A stretch of DNA of 63,416 nucleotides, the filler included, from Craspedostauros australis (taxonomy: Eukaryota): assembly GCA_030167865.1 (NCBI GenBank). It is 12 parts of 12 records of this genome, joined end to end, with 100 filler letters (N's around TTAATTAATTAA, not from the genome) between each part and the next. Parts side by side here need not be neighbours in the genome. Positions count along the whole stretch, not along the records: positions 30,480 to 36,091 come from JALAGF010003389.1; positions 36,192 to 38,528 come from JALAGF010003390.1; positions 38,629 to 42,778 come from JALAGF010003391.1; positions 42,879 to 47,766 come from JALAGF010003392.1; 8 more parts are not named here. One strand, given 5' to 3'. The position numbers and the translations under genes are program-made. The notes beneath the pieces were generated by a model, which had not been told where the DNA came from, searched no databases, and was given only the letters and a program-made list of their open reading frames with translations. Positions 35,501 through 45,980 of the stretch are shown here, piece by piece (the first letter of the stretch is position 1; each line of letters starts with the position of its first letter).

Positions 35501-35763
35501 TTGGTCAGCTGACAAAACTCACCTTTCTTGATCTGGGACCTACTGACTTCACTGGACAGTTTCCATCCGAGGTTGGTCAACTGACAGCGCTCACCATTCT
35601 TGATCTGGGATATGCCGACTTCACTGGACAGTTTCCATCCGAGATTGGTCAACTCACAGCGCTCACCTATCTTGATCTACAAGGGACCAATTTCACTAGA
35701 CCGCTTCCAACTCAGCTTGGCCTCCTCACATCATTGGAAATAACCGGAATTTCCGGAATCTAA
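32575..35763 (+). CDS. Type-II single-pass membrane LRR receptor-like protein (about 1,060 aa; repeat number uncertain)
   Basis: N-terminal (MQAN/D)n; TM TVTVVLLVVGVAGTIAAGVVFLL; P/S/T stalk; LRRNT-like cap (LDGANW..CDW..GVTC); about 27 plant-type 24-aa LRRs GQLPSEIGQLTALxxLxLxxTDFT. 15-N gap at 35104-35118. Confidence 0.92.
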   Translation: MDDKTKHDASAKLAPPIPAAPSEPEASEADMQANMQADVQADMQEDMQANMQANMQANMQANMQANMQANIQANMQADVQADMMAETQMELQRVLQLLQTQTPRVQGNPDESTRNQVYVPVAEVVPENDDNPEPYSRRAGWSWKGTVTVVLLVVGVAGTIAAGVVFLLSDETSSSKGNSNSNIDGSSRNQPTTNGPSDRPSQNPTHTPTDTPSDPPSQSPTHTPTDTPSDLPSSNPAYSFDQSNAFFTIWEVLLPTLQEEPTFIDTTILASPTSTAHQTLNWMANSNHPDLASMIAEDAQANATRLLEYYAVVSIYFSLDGANWNDKMCFLSVTDVCDWHSSSGGVTCDNGHVVQVALGDEGMRGTLDPALYHLSHLEKWSMEMTSSTRGQIDGIIFSHIGMLSMLSELALVSMGLRGAFPSEMYQLTQLTHLDLGFNCITGPLPSQTGQLTALASLDLRNTDFTGQIPSEIGQLTALVYLELGYTNFTGQLPSEIGQLTALTYLELGYTNFTVQLPSEIGQLSALTTLDLGYADFTGQLPSEIGQLTALVYLDLERTNFIGQLPSEIGELTALVYLELGYTDFTGQLPSEIGQLTALTYLDLKDVDSTGQIPSEIGQLSALTTLDLGNADFTGQLPSEIGQLTALVYLDLERTNFIGQLPSEIGELTALVYLELGDTDFTGQLPSEIGQLTALTYLDLRSVDSTVQLPSEIGQLSALTTLDLGYADFTGQLPSEIGQLTALRFLNLEFTDLTGRFPSEIGQLTALTYLDLRSFDSTVQLPSEIGQLSALTTLDLGWTDFTGQLPSEIGQLTALRFLNLEFTDLTGRFPSEIGQLTALTYLDLXXXXXTGRFPSEIGQLTALTYLDLRSFDSTVQLPSEIGQLTALTFLDLRYTDFTGQLPSEIGQLTALAHLDLYSTDFTGQLPSEIGQLTALTFLDLRYTDFTGQLPSEIGQLTALTFLDLGPTEFTGQLPSEVGQLTKLTFLDLGPTDFTGQFPSEVGQLTALTILDLGYADFTGQFPSEIGQLTALTYLDLQGTNFTRPLPTQLGLLTSLEITGISGI
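32660..32823 (+). repeat. 12-bp coding repeat (GCCAACATGCAA)n encoding MQAN/MQAD
   Basis: About 13 copies read directly from the sequence. Confidence 0.9.
33898..35700 (+). repeat. 72-bp coding tandem repeat array (LRR modules)
   Basis: Nearly invariant TTCCATCCGAGATTGGTCAACTGACAGC every 72 bp. Confidence 0.95.
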
Positions 35764-36409
35764 TTCACTCCAATGGTCTCAACACAACTGGCCAAGCTTA
35801 TGAGCCCATTCAGTCACAAACCAACGAGTCACAGGGGGAGCAGTCTACTACTCCGCTCGGACGAGTTTGCAGCACCTTGCCGGCTCGCAGTTCGGTTGGA
35901 TGCCGTTCAGTGTTTTGGGAGCCGCGGCAATTTTGGAGAGAGCCCTTTGCAATGACGTTCCCGGCAAGCCTGACAGGTTGTCACGTTGCTGGACATGATG
36001 ACGTGGGTTGAAATGTCTGCGACCTTTGAACTTTCTTCGAGCTCCTTTGTGCATACCATATACTGAGTACCTTGGTGTGATACTACAAATTNNNNNNNNN
36101 NNNNNNNNNNNNNNNNNNNNNNNNNNNNNNNNNNNTTAATTAATTAANNNNNNNNNNNNNNNNNNNNNNNNNNNNNNNNNNNNNNNNNNNNAAGTACGAG
36201 TAGCAGAAGAGGTCGGTCGGAGGGCAATGCCATGCGAGTACACACCTCTCTACTGTACACTGTAATCGTATCCACCAGCGGCCTCCAAAGGCTCCGTTTG
36301 AGCGTTGCGTCGATACTCCTTCCAACATGTGCTGTGACGATGAGAAAGACGTCCGCAGAAAGTGAGATATATATTTTATTTACCGTATATCCCACCCAAC
36401 AACAAACAG

Positions 36410-38329
36410 TGTGATCTTCAGCCGTTGGATCCAAGTTAACACACACATGCATTGGTATTGAGGGTTGCAAACCCAAAGGATGCAGATTATAAGGGTTATA
36501 GGGTCGTGTAGGATCGTCAGAGAGTACTCCAGCCTCCCGTGGTTGGGCGATGCCCGTGTTCGCATGTTAATCCCGTTTTAACCGTTTCACATGTATCTCT
36601 GTTTGGTCCCCTCGATTCGCTGTGGCTTTGCTGACTGTCGGATCGTCACATTTCTGCTTCATATGGTATGTACCTGCTGCATGCCCCATGCGTGGGCACC
36701 ACAGGGCGCTCATCCCATCCACCACGGATTGAATCCGTGGCCGGCCATCCATGGGTACTGTCGCGCAGTCTGTGTGTTAGAATAAGACGCATTGTGCCTG
36801 GGCTGTCCGTCTTGGTCCTCATTGTGGCTTCGTGAGCATGTCAGCGAGGTTGGTCTCTGATGGCGCATGTGAGACGGTCATCACACCCGCCGCGATGCTT
36901 TCTCGGACGAAGTGATATGCAATTGAGTTGGCTTTCTTTCGTAGCTGTGATGCGGGGAGTGAGGCGTTGTACACGACGCTCTGGTTGTCGACGCGCATGT
37001 CCGTCGGGCCGTCCATTGGGACGCCCATCATACACAATTTGTAACGCATCCCGACAACGATCTCTGTCACTACCTTGAGCGCGGTGAACTCGCTGCCGAA
37101 CGTGGACGTCTCGATGCTGTTTTGTTTCTTGCTGTGCCATAGGATGGGTGATGAGTTCAGGTACAGTAGGACTCCGGTGTGCGATCGTCGCGTTACCTGG
37201 TCACTGGCATGGTCAGCATCAACGAAGCAAGTCATCTGGACCTCTTTTCCACGTGGTGTTGGCATGTCGTTCGGTATCTGTTCGTGGGCGTCGGAATAGA
37301 AGTCGCCCCACTCCGGTTGTATCACAGCGGGTTTATCAACGTATGCATCATCAAAGACAAGACGAGAACGATCGTGTGAGTTCAAATAGGCAAACATGTG
37401 GAAGAGCGTCTGTAGGTGACCCGTACGTAGCGCAGCACAATAGGAGGACATCATGGATGTTTCAAAGCATATGTCGATTCGACCCAGTTCAACGGTCCAG
37501 CGCAGGATCCCAATCAGTTGCTGGTAGAACGCCATCTCTTCTGCGTCACACAACGGTGTTGCATCCAATTCGGGTCGATATCCATTTGGTATCACGCTGG
37601 GTGCCCTTGTTTTGAGGCGCCCCTGTCAGTCTGTGAGCCATTTTGTGACGATCTTGATAGCGGCTCGTATGTATGCTCGTGATCCCATGCTCGATTTGGG
37701 ACGTGTTGCATCAGGGTCAATGTGGTATGGCGCGATAGTGGAGCCGAGCTAAGTAGTAGGAGGGCCAATGAACCTTGCCTTGAGGAAGAAGTGTGAGCCA
37801 ATTGCATCTAGGATGTGCTGGGGTTGTTTGGACACCGCAAGGATGTCGTCTGTATACACAAGTACATATTCATAATACTCTGACCCGTTGCTCGCTACAG
37901 CTGGTTTCATCCAGACGTCGCTGTCAGCACGGCAGGATGTGTATCCCATCGAATCGCGTAGTGTCTCAGCCAGATGCGCGTGCCAAGCGGCTCCGCTGGA
38001 CTTCAGACCATACAAGGCCCGACAGATGACGGCGATTTTGCCCTGATCAGATCCGAACTCGGGTCTGCATCATGTGTATATGCGTTCCCTGCACATTGCA
38101 TTCAATTATGCATTCTGGACATCGGCGGCCAGTATGCAGAGATCGTTCAGTGTGGCAAGCATGAACGCAATGCGTACACTTTCTCGTGATACCACACTCG
38201 CATAGGTAATGGCCGCTGGTGCTTCTGGCATGTGGCCACCAGCCACCAACCGTGCTTTGCGTGTGAGGTCCACTTTCACTGTGAAGATCATGTGACATTC
38301 CATGTATTGGTGTCCAATCGGGTTGGGGG
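36410..38329 (-). mobile_element. Second Copia lineage, decayed RT-RNase H
   Basis: CHMIFTVKVDLTRKARLVAGGH, TYASVVSRESVRIAF, ALYGLKSSGAAW, YVLVYTDDIL, VELGRIDI, FVDADHA, NLADMLTK. In-frame stops and frameshifts. Confidence 0.92.
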
Positions 38330-38523
38330 TGATAGAACGATAATGAAAACGAGGTGAACTTACTGAACGCCGAAGGGTGATCAATCCGTGGTAGTGCAGT
38401 AGGTTGGTGAGTTTGAGAGTGAGAGTGTGTCTTAGTCTTTAATACTGTACGAATCCAAATGAGACTTTCAATTGGATTGTGAGCATGTGATGTGCAGCAT
38501 CCATTATAGTTGGATCTGCAACA
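38330..38523 (-). mobile_element. 194-bp LTR of another retroelement nested in the Copia RT
   Basis: Minus strand reads TGTTGCAG...TTCTATCA, preceded by purines (AGAGA, cut by the contig end). RT coding sequence resumes right after the terminal CA. Confidence 0.7.
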
Positions 38524-38628
38524 TCTCTNNNNNNNNNNNNNNNNNNNNNNNNNNNNNNNNNNNNNNNNNNNNTTAATTAATTAANNNNNNNNNNNNNNNN
38601 NNNNNNNNNNNNNNNNNNNNNNNNNNNN

Positions 38629-40806
38629 CATGCCACTCAGCGCATTCTTGCCGACATCCAGGGTCGTGAGCCTTTGGCAATCACCGATCTCTGAGGGAAT
38701 AGGACCCACCAAGCCATGATCTCTCATTCTCAGACCTTTCAGATTTTGAAGCAGGCCGATCTCGCTTGGAATCACGCCTGTGAGCCGAGCCCCGGTCACC
38801 CGAATCTCTTGCAGCCTGGACATGTCGCTGATGTGCGAAGAGATGGTTCCCGTGATGTCACTCACATCGATCTCGAGCTGGCGCAGATTCAGGAAGTAGA
38901 ACGAATCTGGCAGACTGCCAGCCACGTTGTTGGTTGACAGCTTCACTGCAGTCACCGTTCCCAGGTCGCATTCAACACCGATCTCGTTGGCATCATCGAA
39001 CCAGTCGCAGTGGTCAACACCCGTCATGAATCCCGCCCGCAAGAACCAGTTGGGGCCATTCATTGACAGGTACATGTCGAGCAAGGCGTACCGTTCCAAA
39101 AGGAACCGCGAGATGCCTGGAAGGTTCGTGTCCAAGGACTCTTGCGTGCTTTGGTCGGAGAGCGTCATCCATTCCGCGATCTTGAAGGTGGTGCTGTTCT
39201 GGTCCGTCCAGACGGAGTCGTCGAGGAATGCGGGCGGTCCTCTCAGCGTTGGACCGATGATGTCCCGGATCTGAGTGAAGGCTTCGAACTGGAGGATGTA
39301 CATGGTGGGGAATGATGAGGGAGTGATTGTTGGTGCCGATGTTGGTTGTGATGTGATGGTGGGTTGCGAAGTTGGCTGGGCGCTGGGTTGTGAGGGATCG
39401 AGATCTGGTGAGTTGGAATCACCGCCACCAACGACCAGGAAGACAATGACGCCGACAGCAGCGACGACGATGACGAAGATGACCGCCATGATGGTCAACC
39501 GTCTCGTGCGTGCAACCTCCTGTTGGTGTTTGCGCAGCATTGCGTCTGACGGAGTTGCACCATCAGCACCGGATGCGCTTTCTGTATCGACCACAGCAGT
39601 GGCTGTCGCGAGGACAACTGCCGGATCGATAGCGGCACCCGTCTGCGTCCTCTCTCGAAGTTCTTGCGCCAAACGACTTTCATATTCTCGCTCGATTTCT
39701 GCACGGAAGTTCTGTCTGAGCTCATCGTCGGGGACGGCGGGTTCTGCGATTGGCGCCGCATCTTGCGTGCCACTGGCATCGATAGAAGGGGCCTGCTCCT
39801 GTTCTTGCTGTGACTGTTCTTGCTGTGACTGTTCTTGCTGCCCTTGCGACTGGCTCGAGGTCGCAAGGCTGACCGTGGGAGCCTCGCTGTAGGACTCCAC
39901 ATCAAAATCGCCGAAGTCGCGCCCAAGCCGAATGGCGCCAGTACCGCTTCGTTCGTGGACGTCGTTGGCGTTGTTGCTCACGATCGAATCCGCCGTAATT
40001 GTGGCCGTGTCCGTATCTTCGTAGGGGAAGAGGCTCGTTGGAATCTCGGTATTGTTTCTCACCCGCATCGCTCCCGGAAGCGTCGGATGGTCTCTTGCGC
40101 GCATGGCTGCACGGTCCCGGGGTGCCTGCGAGTCCTGATCCTGCGGCGACGGCACCCGGACTACTCCATCCTTGGTGATGATAACATCCGTCCCGTCCGG
40201 CTTCAGCTTGTCATCTCTGCCTTGTGGGAAGAGGCCCGTTGTTTTAAGGTCCTTCTCATCCTTATCGTCCTTGGTGTGCTTCATTTTTGCTTTGATGTCT
40301 TTGTCATTATAGTTGTCAACATAGTTGTAATCGTCGCCTTCGAGGTGGTATCGCTGGAGCGGAGCTTTGCCATGGTCCGAATGGCGGCGCATCTCGGCAG
40401 GTTGATGCTGAGACTTGCTTGGGCTTGGCGTGTTGACCGATCTGACATCATCCAGAGATCTGCTTCTACGCAGCATGGTTCTGCGCAGCATAGCCCTGCG
40501 ATCTTCAGCTGCACCGAAATCAGCGACGGCATCAGAGTCCATGAATCTCACGGATGACCGCCCAATTGGATTTGTTGCGAAGGTCGTTGCATCAACCTCA
40601 CCGCTGTCCACGGAGATCGACCGATCCTGCGGATTTCCCTCCGTCCGAACGTCACCATTGGCACCGTTGTCGTCATTGCCGTTGTCGCCGGTATCCCCAT
40701 TGTTGTGGTTGTGATGTCTCAGCGAACCTCCCGTGCCATCTCCGCTCTCCGTTCGGCCATCACGGTCGCCGTTCTGACGAAGGTCGTCCTGATCTCGGCC
40801 ATCCAT
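38629..40806 (-). CDS. Type-II membrane LRR receptor-like protein, N-terminal variant 1 (3'-truncated at contig end)
   Basis: Disordered N-terminus with PGAMRV; RRLTIMAVIFVIVVAAVGVIVFLVV TM; QPT/S stalk; ERYALLDMYLSMNGPNW..DHCDW cap; LTGVIPSEIGLLQNL LRRs. Confidence 0.9.
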
Positions 40807-41522
40807 GTTGTAGTTGCTGGTATTGGGATGGATGAGCAGAGCATGCGAGTATGGTGAGAGGTGCTGATAGCAAATAATAGAAGAGAATATAATAATTTAT
40901 GAGCGTACACGTGCGATCTACTCTTGCGTTTGTGGTGCAAGTTGCTGCCATTGTTTGCGCTTCGTCCAATGTTCCGTCTTTTCATTCTTCCATTCCCCGA
41001 AGCCGTTTGCGGCTGTCGAACAAAGATGTCAGTGTGACCGTGCGTGTTCAGCACGAAAGTTGGTCCCAAGAACGACAGTGATCAATTGTTGATGGACTAC
41101 CTGGACTAAATGAGGACAACAGAGTGTCCTGATTGTCCATTTCTGTTGTATCAAGCTTCTCGGTCCAAAACTGTCGCAAACAAGTTATTTGTCTGAACTG
41201 ACTTTCGGACGATTTCGACCTTCTTTTGTCAGAAAGCTCCTGTTTTCGAATCGTCCTGTCACGAATGGGACTGGAAGAGTCACACGAAGTTGTCCCGTTT
41301 TGCGACATCCGTCGCAACTCGTCCAGTGTTTGGTGTTGGCGCCACGCTTGCCCCCTGGCGGTGACTCTCTACGTAGGTCGTCCAGCACGATTACAAACTG
41401 TCTGGAGAAGTGCCTTGAGTCTAACTTACGAGCTGGAGTATAGAAATATGTGCATGCCGAAGCTTCGATTGAAGACGAAGGAAGACAAGGTGAAGCGATG
41501 AGGCAATCAATCGACCAACCGA

Positions 41523-42778
41523 TCAACCACCCCTCTCCAACCAATCGAAGTATAGCTCCGTCCTGGGCTCGCACGCGCCTGTTCCAACATCCCGGATGCA
41601 CGATCGTTCACACCGAGTGTTTCCATTGTCCAGGCACGCCTCGCAGCTCGTTTCGTAATGGCCGCCTCCGCATGCGATGCATTCACCGTTACATTGTATT
41701 GGCTGTCGATCCTGCTTGGGGCACTCGTTCGTGGTGCTGGTGCAGCAGACGTTGCAACATGAGCATATCACCTTGGGAGGGATGCCAAGCTCGTCAGGCT
41801 CACAATCGCTGGTGAATCGTTCGAAGTTCGCCTCCCACCTGAAGTTGTCAGTACAAAATATGGGATCCAGGTTGCCTGTGATGTTCGTGAAGATCAGATG
41901 GAAGGTTTGCAGCTGCCCTAGCTGATTCAAGTGAGTGGGAAGGGTGCCCTCGATGCCATTGCGATCAATCCGCAATGTCGCCAAGCTCTCCAGTCTACCA
42001 ATCTCAGATGGCACCATGCCACTCAGCGCATTCTTGCCGACATCCAGGGTCGTGAGCCTTTGGCAATCACCGATCTCTGAGGGAATAGGACCCACCAAGC
42101 CATGATCTCTCATTCTCAGACCTTTCAGATTTTGAAGCAGGCCGATCTCGCTTGGAATCACGCCTGTGAGCCGAGCCCCGGTCACCCGAATCTCTTGCAG
42201 CCTGGACATGTCGCTGATGTGCGAAGAGATGGTTCCCGTGATGTCACTCACATCGATCTCGAGCTGGCGCAGATTCAGGAAGTAGAACGAATCTGGCAGA
42301 CTGCCAGCCACGTTGTTGGTTGACAGCTTCACTGCAGTCACCGTTCCCAGGTCGCATTCAACACCGATCTCGTTGGCATCATCGAACCAGTCGCAGTGGT
42401 CAACACCCGTCATGAATCCCGCCCGCAAGAACCAGTTGGGGCCATTCATTGACAGGTACATGTCGAGCAAGGCGTACCGTTCCAAAAGGAACCGCGAGAT
42501 GCCTGGAAGGTTCGTGTCCAAGGACTCTTGCGTGCTTTGGTCGGAGAGCGTCATCCATTCCGCGATCTTGAAGGTGGTGCTGTTCTGGTCCGTCCAGACG
42601 GAGTCGTCGAGGAATGCGGGCGGTCCTCTCAGCGTTGGACCGATGATGTCCCGGATCTGAGTGAAGGCTTCGAACTGGAGGATGTACATGGTGGGGAATG
42701 ATGAGGGAGTGATTGTTGGTGCCGATGTTGGTTGTGATGTGATGGTGGGTTGCGAAGTTGGCTGGGCGCTGGGTTGTG
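41523..42778 (-). CDS. LRR receptor-like protein, core plus C-terminal variant 1 (5'-truncated at contig end)
   Basis: Same core, then SDCE...VICSCCNVCC cap and an extra Cys-rich tail (CNGECIACGGGHYETSCEAC). Confidence 0.9.
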
Positions 42779-42878
42779 NNNNNNNNNNNNNNNNNNNNNN
42801 NNNNNNNNNNNNNNNNNNNNNNTTAATTAATTAANNNNNNNNNNNNNNNNNNNNNNNNNNNNNNNNNNNNNNNNNNNN

Positions 42879-45800
42879 CATGCCACTCAGCGCATTCTTG
42901 CCGACATCCAGGGTCGTGAGCCTTTGGCAATCACCGATCTCTGAGGGAATAGGACCCACCAAGCCATGATCTCTCATTCTCAGACCTTTCAGATTTTGAA
43001 GCAGGCCGATCTCGCTTGGAATCACGCCTGTGAGCCGAGCCCCGGTCACCCGAATCTCTTGCAGCCTGGACATGTCGCTGATGTGCGAAGAGATGGTTCC
43101 CGTGATGTCACTCACATCGATCTCGAGCTGGCGCAGATTCAGGAAGTAGAACGAATCTGGCAGACTGCCAGCCACGTTGTTGGTTGACAGCTTCACTGCA
43201 GTCACCGTTCCCAGGTCGCATTCAACACCGATCTCGTTGGCATCATCGAACCAGTCGCAGTGGTCAACACCCGTCATGAATCCCGCCCGCAAGAACCAGT
43301 TGGGGCCATTCATTGACAGGTACATGTCGAGCAAGGCGTACCGTTCCAAAAGGAACCGCGAGATGCCTGGAAGGTTCGTGTCCAAGGACTCTTGCGTGCT
43401 TTGGTCGGAGAGCGTCATCCATTCCGCGATCTTGAAGGTGGTGCTGTTCTGGTCCGTCCAGACGGAGTCGTCGAGGAATGCGGGCGGTCCTCTCAGCGTT
43501 GGACCGATGATGTCCCGGATCTGAGTGAAGGCTTCGAACTGGAGGATGTACATGGTGGGGAATGATGAGGGAGTGATTGTTGGTGCCGATGTTGGTTGTG
43601 ATGTGATGGTGGGTTGCGAAGTTGGCTGGGCGCTGGGTTGTGCGCTCGGTTGAGCGGGCTCCAGACCCGCTGTATTCGAACCGTCTGCGCCACCTCCGGA
43701 TGAGTTGGAACCACCGCCACCAACGACCAGGAAGACAATGACGCCGACAGCAGCAACGACGATGACGAAGATGACCGCCATGATGGTCAATCGTCTCGTG
43801 CGTGCGACCTCCTGTTGATGTTTGCGCAGCATTGCGTCTGACGGAGTTGCACCATCAGCACCGGATGCGCCTTCTGCATCGACCACAGCAGTGGCTGTCG
43901 CGAGGACAACTGCGGGATCGATAGCGGCACCCGCCTGCGTCCTCTGTCTGAGTTCTTGCGCCAAACGACTTTCATATTCCTTCTTGACTTCCGCGCGGAA
44001 GTTCTGTCTGAGTTCATCGTGAGACACGGCGAGTTCGGCAGTCAGAGCAACATCTTGCGTGCCACTGGCATCCATAGAGAGGGTCTGCTCCTGCTCCTGT
44101 TCTTGCTGTCCTTGCGACTGGCGTGAGGCTGTAATACTGACAGTGGGAGCCTCGCTGTGGGACTCCACATCAAAATCGGCGAAGTCGCGCCCAAGCCGGA
44201 TGATGCCTGCGCCTCTTCGTTCGGGGAAATCGCGAGCGGTGTCATTCATGATTAAATCTTCGGTAACGCTGATCATGTCCGCATCTTCATAGGGGATGAG
44301 ACTCGTTGGAATCTCTGTGTCGTTGCTCACCCGCATCGCTCCCGGAAGTGCCGGGTGGTCTCTTGCGCGTCGGGCCGCACGATTCCGGGGTGCCTGCGAA
44401 TCCTGATCCTTCGACGACGGCACCCGGACGACTCCATCCTTGGTGACGATGACCTCGGTCCCGTCCTGCTTCAGCATATCATCTCTGTCTTGTGGGAAGA
44501 TGCTCCTTGCTTTCGAGTCCTTCTCGTCCTTGGCCTGGCTCTTTTTTGCCTTGGCGTCTTCGTCATCATAGTTGTCATCAAAGTTGTGGTTGTGGTTGTC
44601 ACCATCCCCCATGTCCAGGTCGATTGAGCGGAGCTGTCGCCCGGAGTCCTCTCTCGTGACGGCCTGCAATATCTCGTAGTATCGCTGGTGCGAAGCGTTG
44701 CCATGGTCCGAATGACGGCGCATCTCTGCAAGGCGACGACGAGACTGGTTTGAGCGTGCCGTGTTGACCGATCTGCCTCCATCGAGAGAGCCGCTTCTGC
44801 GCAGCATGGCCCTGCGGCTGGTGCTGCTGTTGCTGACAACGGTTGACGCGCCGGCCGTTGAGAAGGAATGGTTGCGAGTCCGAGGATGGAACGAGGATGA
44901 CGATGACGACAATTGACGGCTGCGTCGGCGATCGACCTCTCCGGAGGAGTGGGATCTGCGCAACGGCGTGAAGCTCCCGTTTTGATTTGCCAGTTCCACG
45001 ACACTCAACGCGGCGAGCACTTCGGCGTCCACGAATCCGACCGACGACCGCATCGTGAGTTCCGTCACCATCGTGGCCGTGTCGGCGGCGTCATCTATGA
45101 ATTGGATATTGTTGATGGCGTGCGGGGCAACCCCATCACCGCTGTTGAAGCTGTAACGTTGGTTGGGAGAGGTGGAGTTGCTCTGGCCCAGATCGACAGT
45201 GCGAAGCTGCCTCCCCGAATCTTCCCTCGTGATGGCCTGCAAGATCTCGTCGTATCGTTGATGCGACACATTGCTGAAGTCGGAAGGCCTTTGGAATGGC
45301 GCATCGAATTCGCCGGAGGCCGAGGTGGTCACCGGATCGAAGCCGCTGCCGGAGCCCCCGGTGCTTCGCAGCAGCCGCCTTCGTAGGCTGGCCGTGCTGT
45401 TTCGGGGCGCTGCCGAGGGTCGAGCACTGGAGTAGGGCGATGAAGGTGCTCGGTCTGTCTGCCTGGAAGAGTCTCGGGACGATTGCGATCTGCGCAGCCG
45501 TGAGGGTCGAATGCGTTCCTGCGCTGCCGCACTTGCGCTCGTGGCTGTGTCCCCTCCCATGGAAGGAGCTCTGCTCATCGACGCACCCCCGGCTGCGGTC
45601 GAATCAGCGATGGTGTCGAAGTCCATGAACCTCACGGAAGAACGCGCAGTTGGATTTGTCGCGAAGGTCGTTGCGTCAATCTCATCGCCGTCCACGAAGC
45701 TGGGCCGATCCCGTGTGTTCACCTCCATCCGAACGCGACTATTGTCATTGACGTTGTCATTGACATTGTCATTGATGCCCATGTTGGCGTTCTGCGGATT

Positions 45801-45980
45801 GGGGAATTCCCAAGTTTCGTCGCTGCGTCTTTGAGTCGCAGTGCCCCGGCTCCTGCTTCTGCTCCTGCTTCCGCTCCGATTGCGGCGGCGTCTTGACGCT
45901 CCGCCAGCACCATCTCCGCTCCCCCTCCGACGCTCATGGCCACCGTTCGAACGGAGGCCATCGTGAGCTCGGCCATCCAT
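42879..45980 (-). CDS. Type-II membrane LRR receptor-like protein, N-terminal variant 2 (3'-truncated at contig end)
   Basis: Paralogue of 38629..40806 with a longer S/R-rich N-terminus and an identical core. Confidence 0.9.

Noticed and set aside
33898..35700. CRISPR array or DGR-type diversification of the 72-bp repeats
   Set aside because: The repeats are in-frame LRR codons, variation is not visibly adenine-specific, and no template repeat or DGR-type RT is present.
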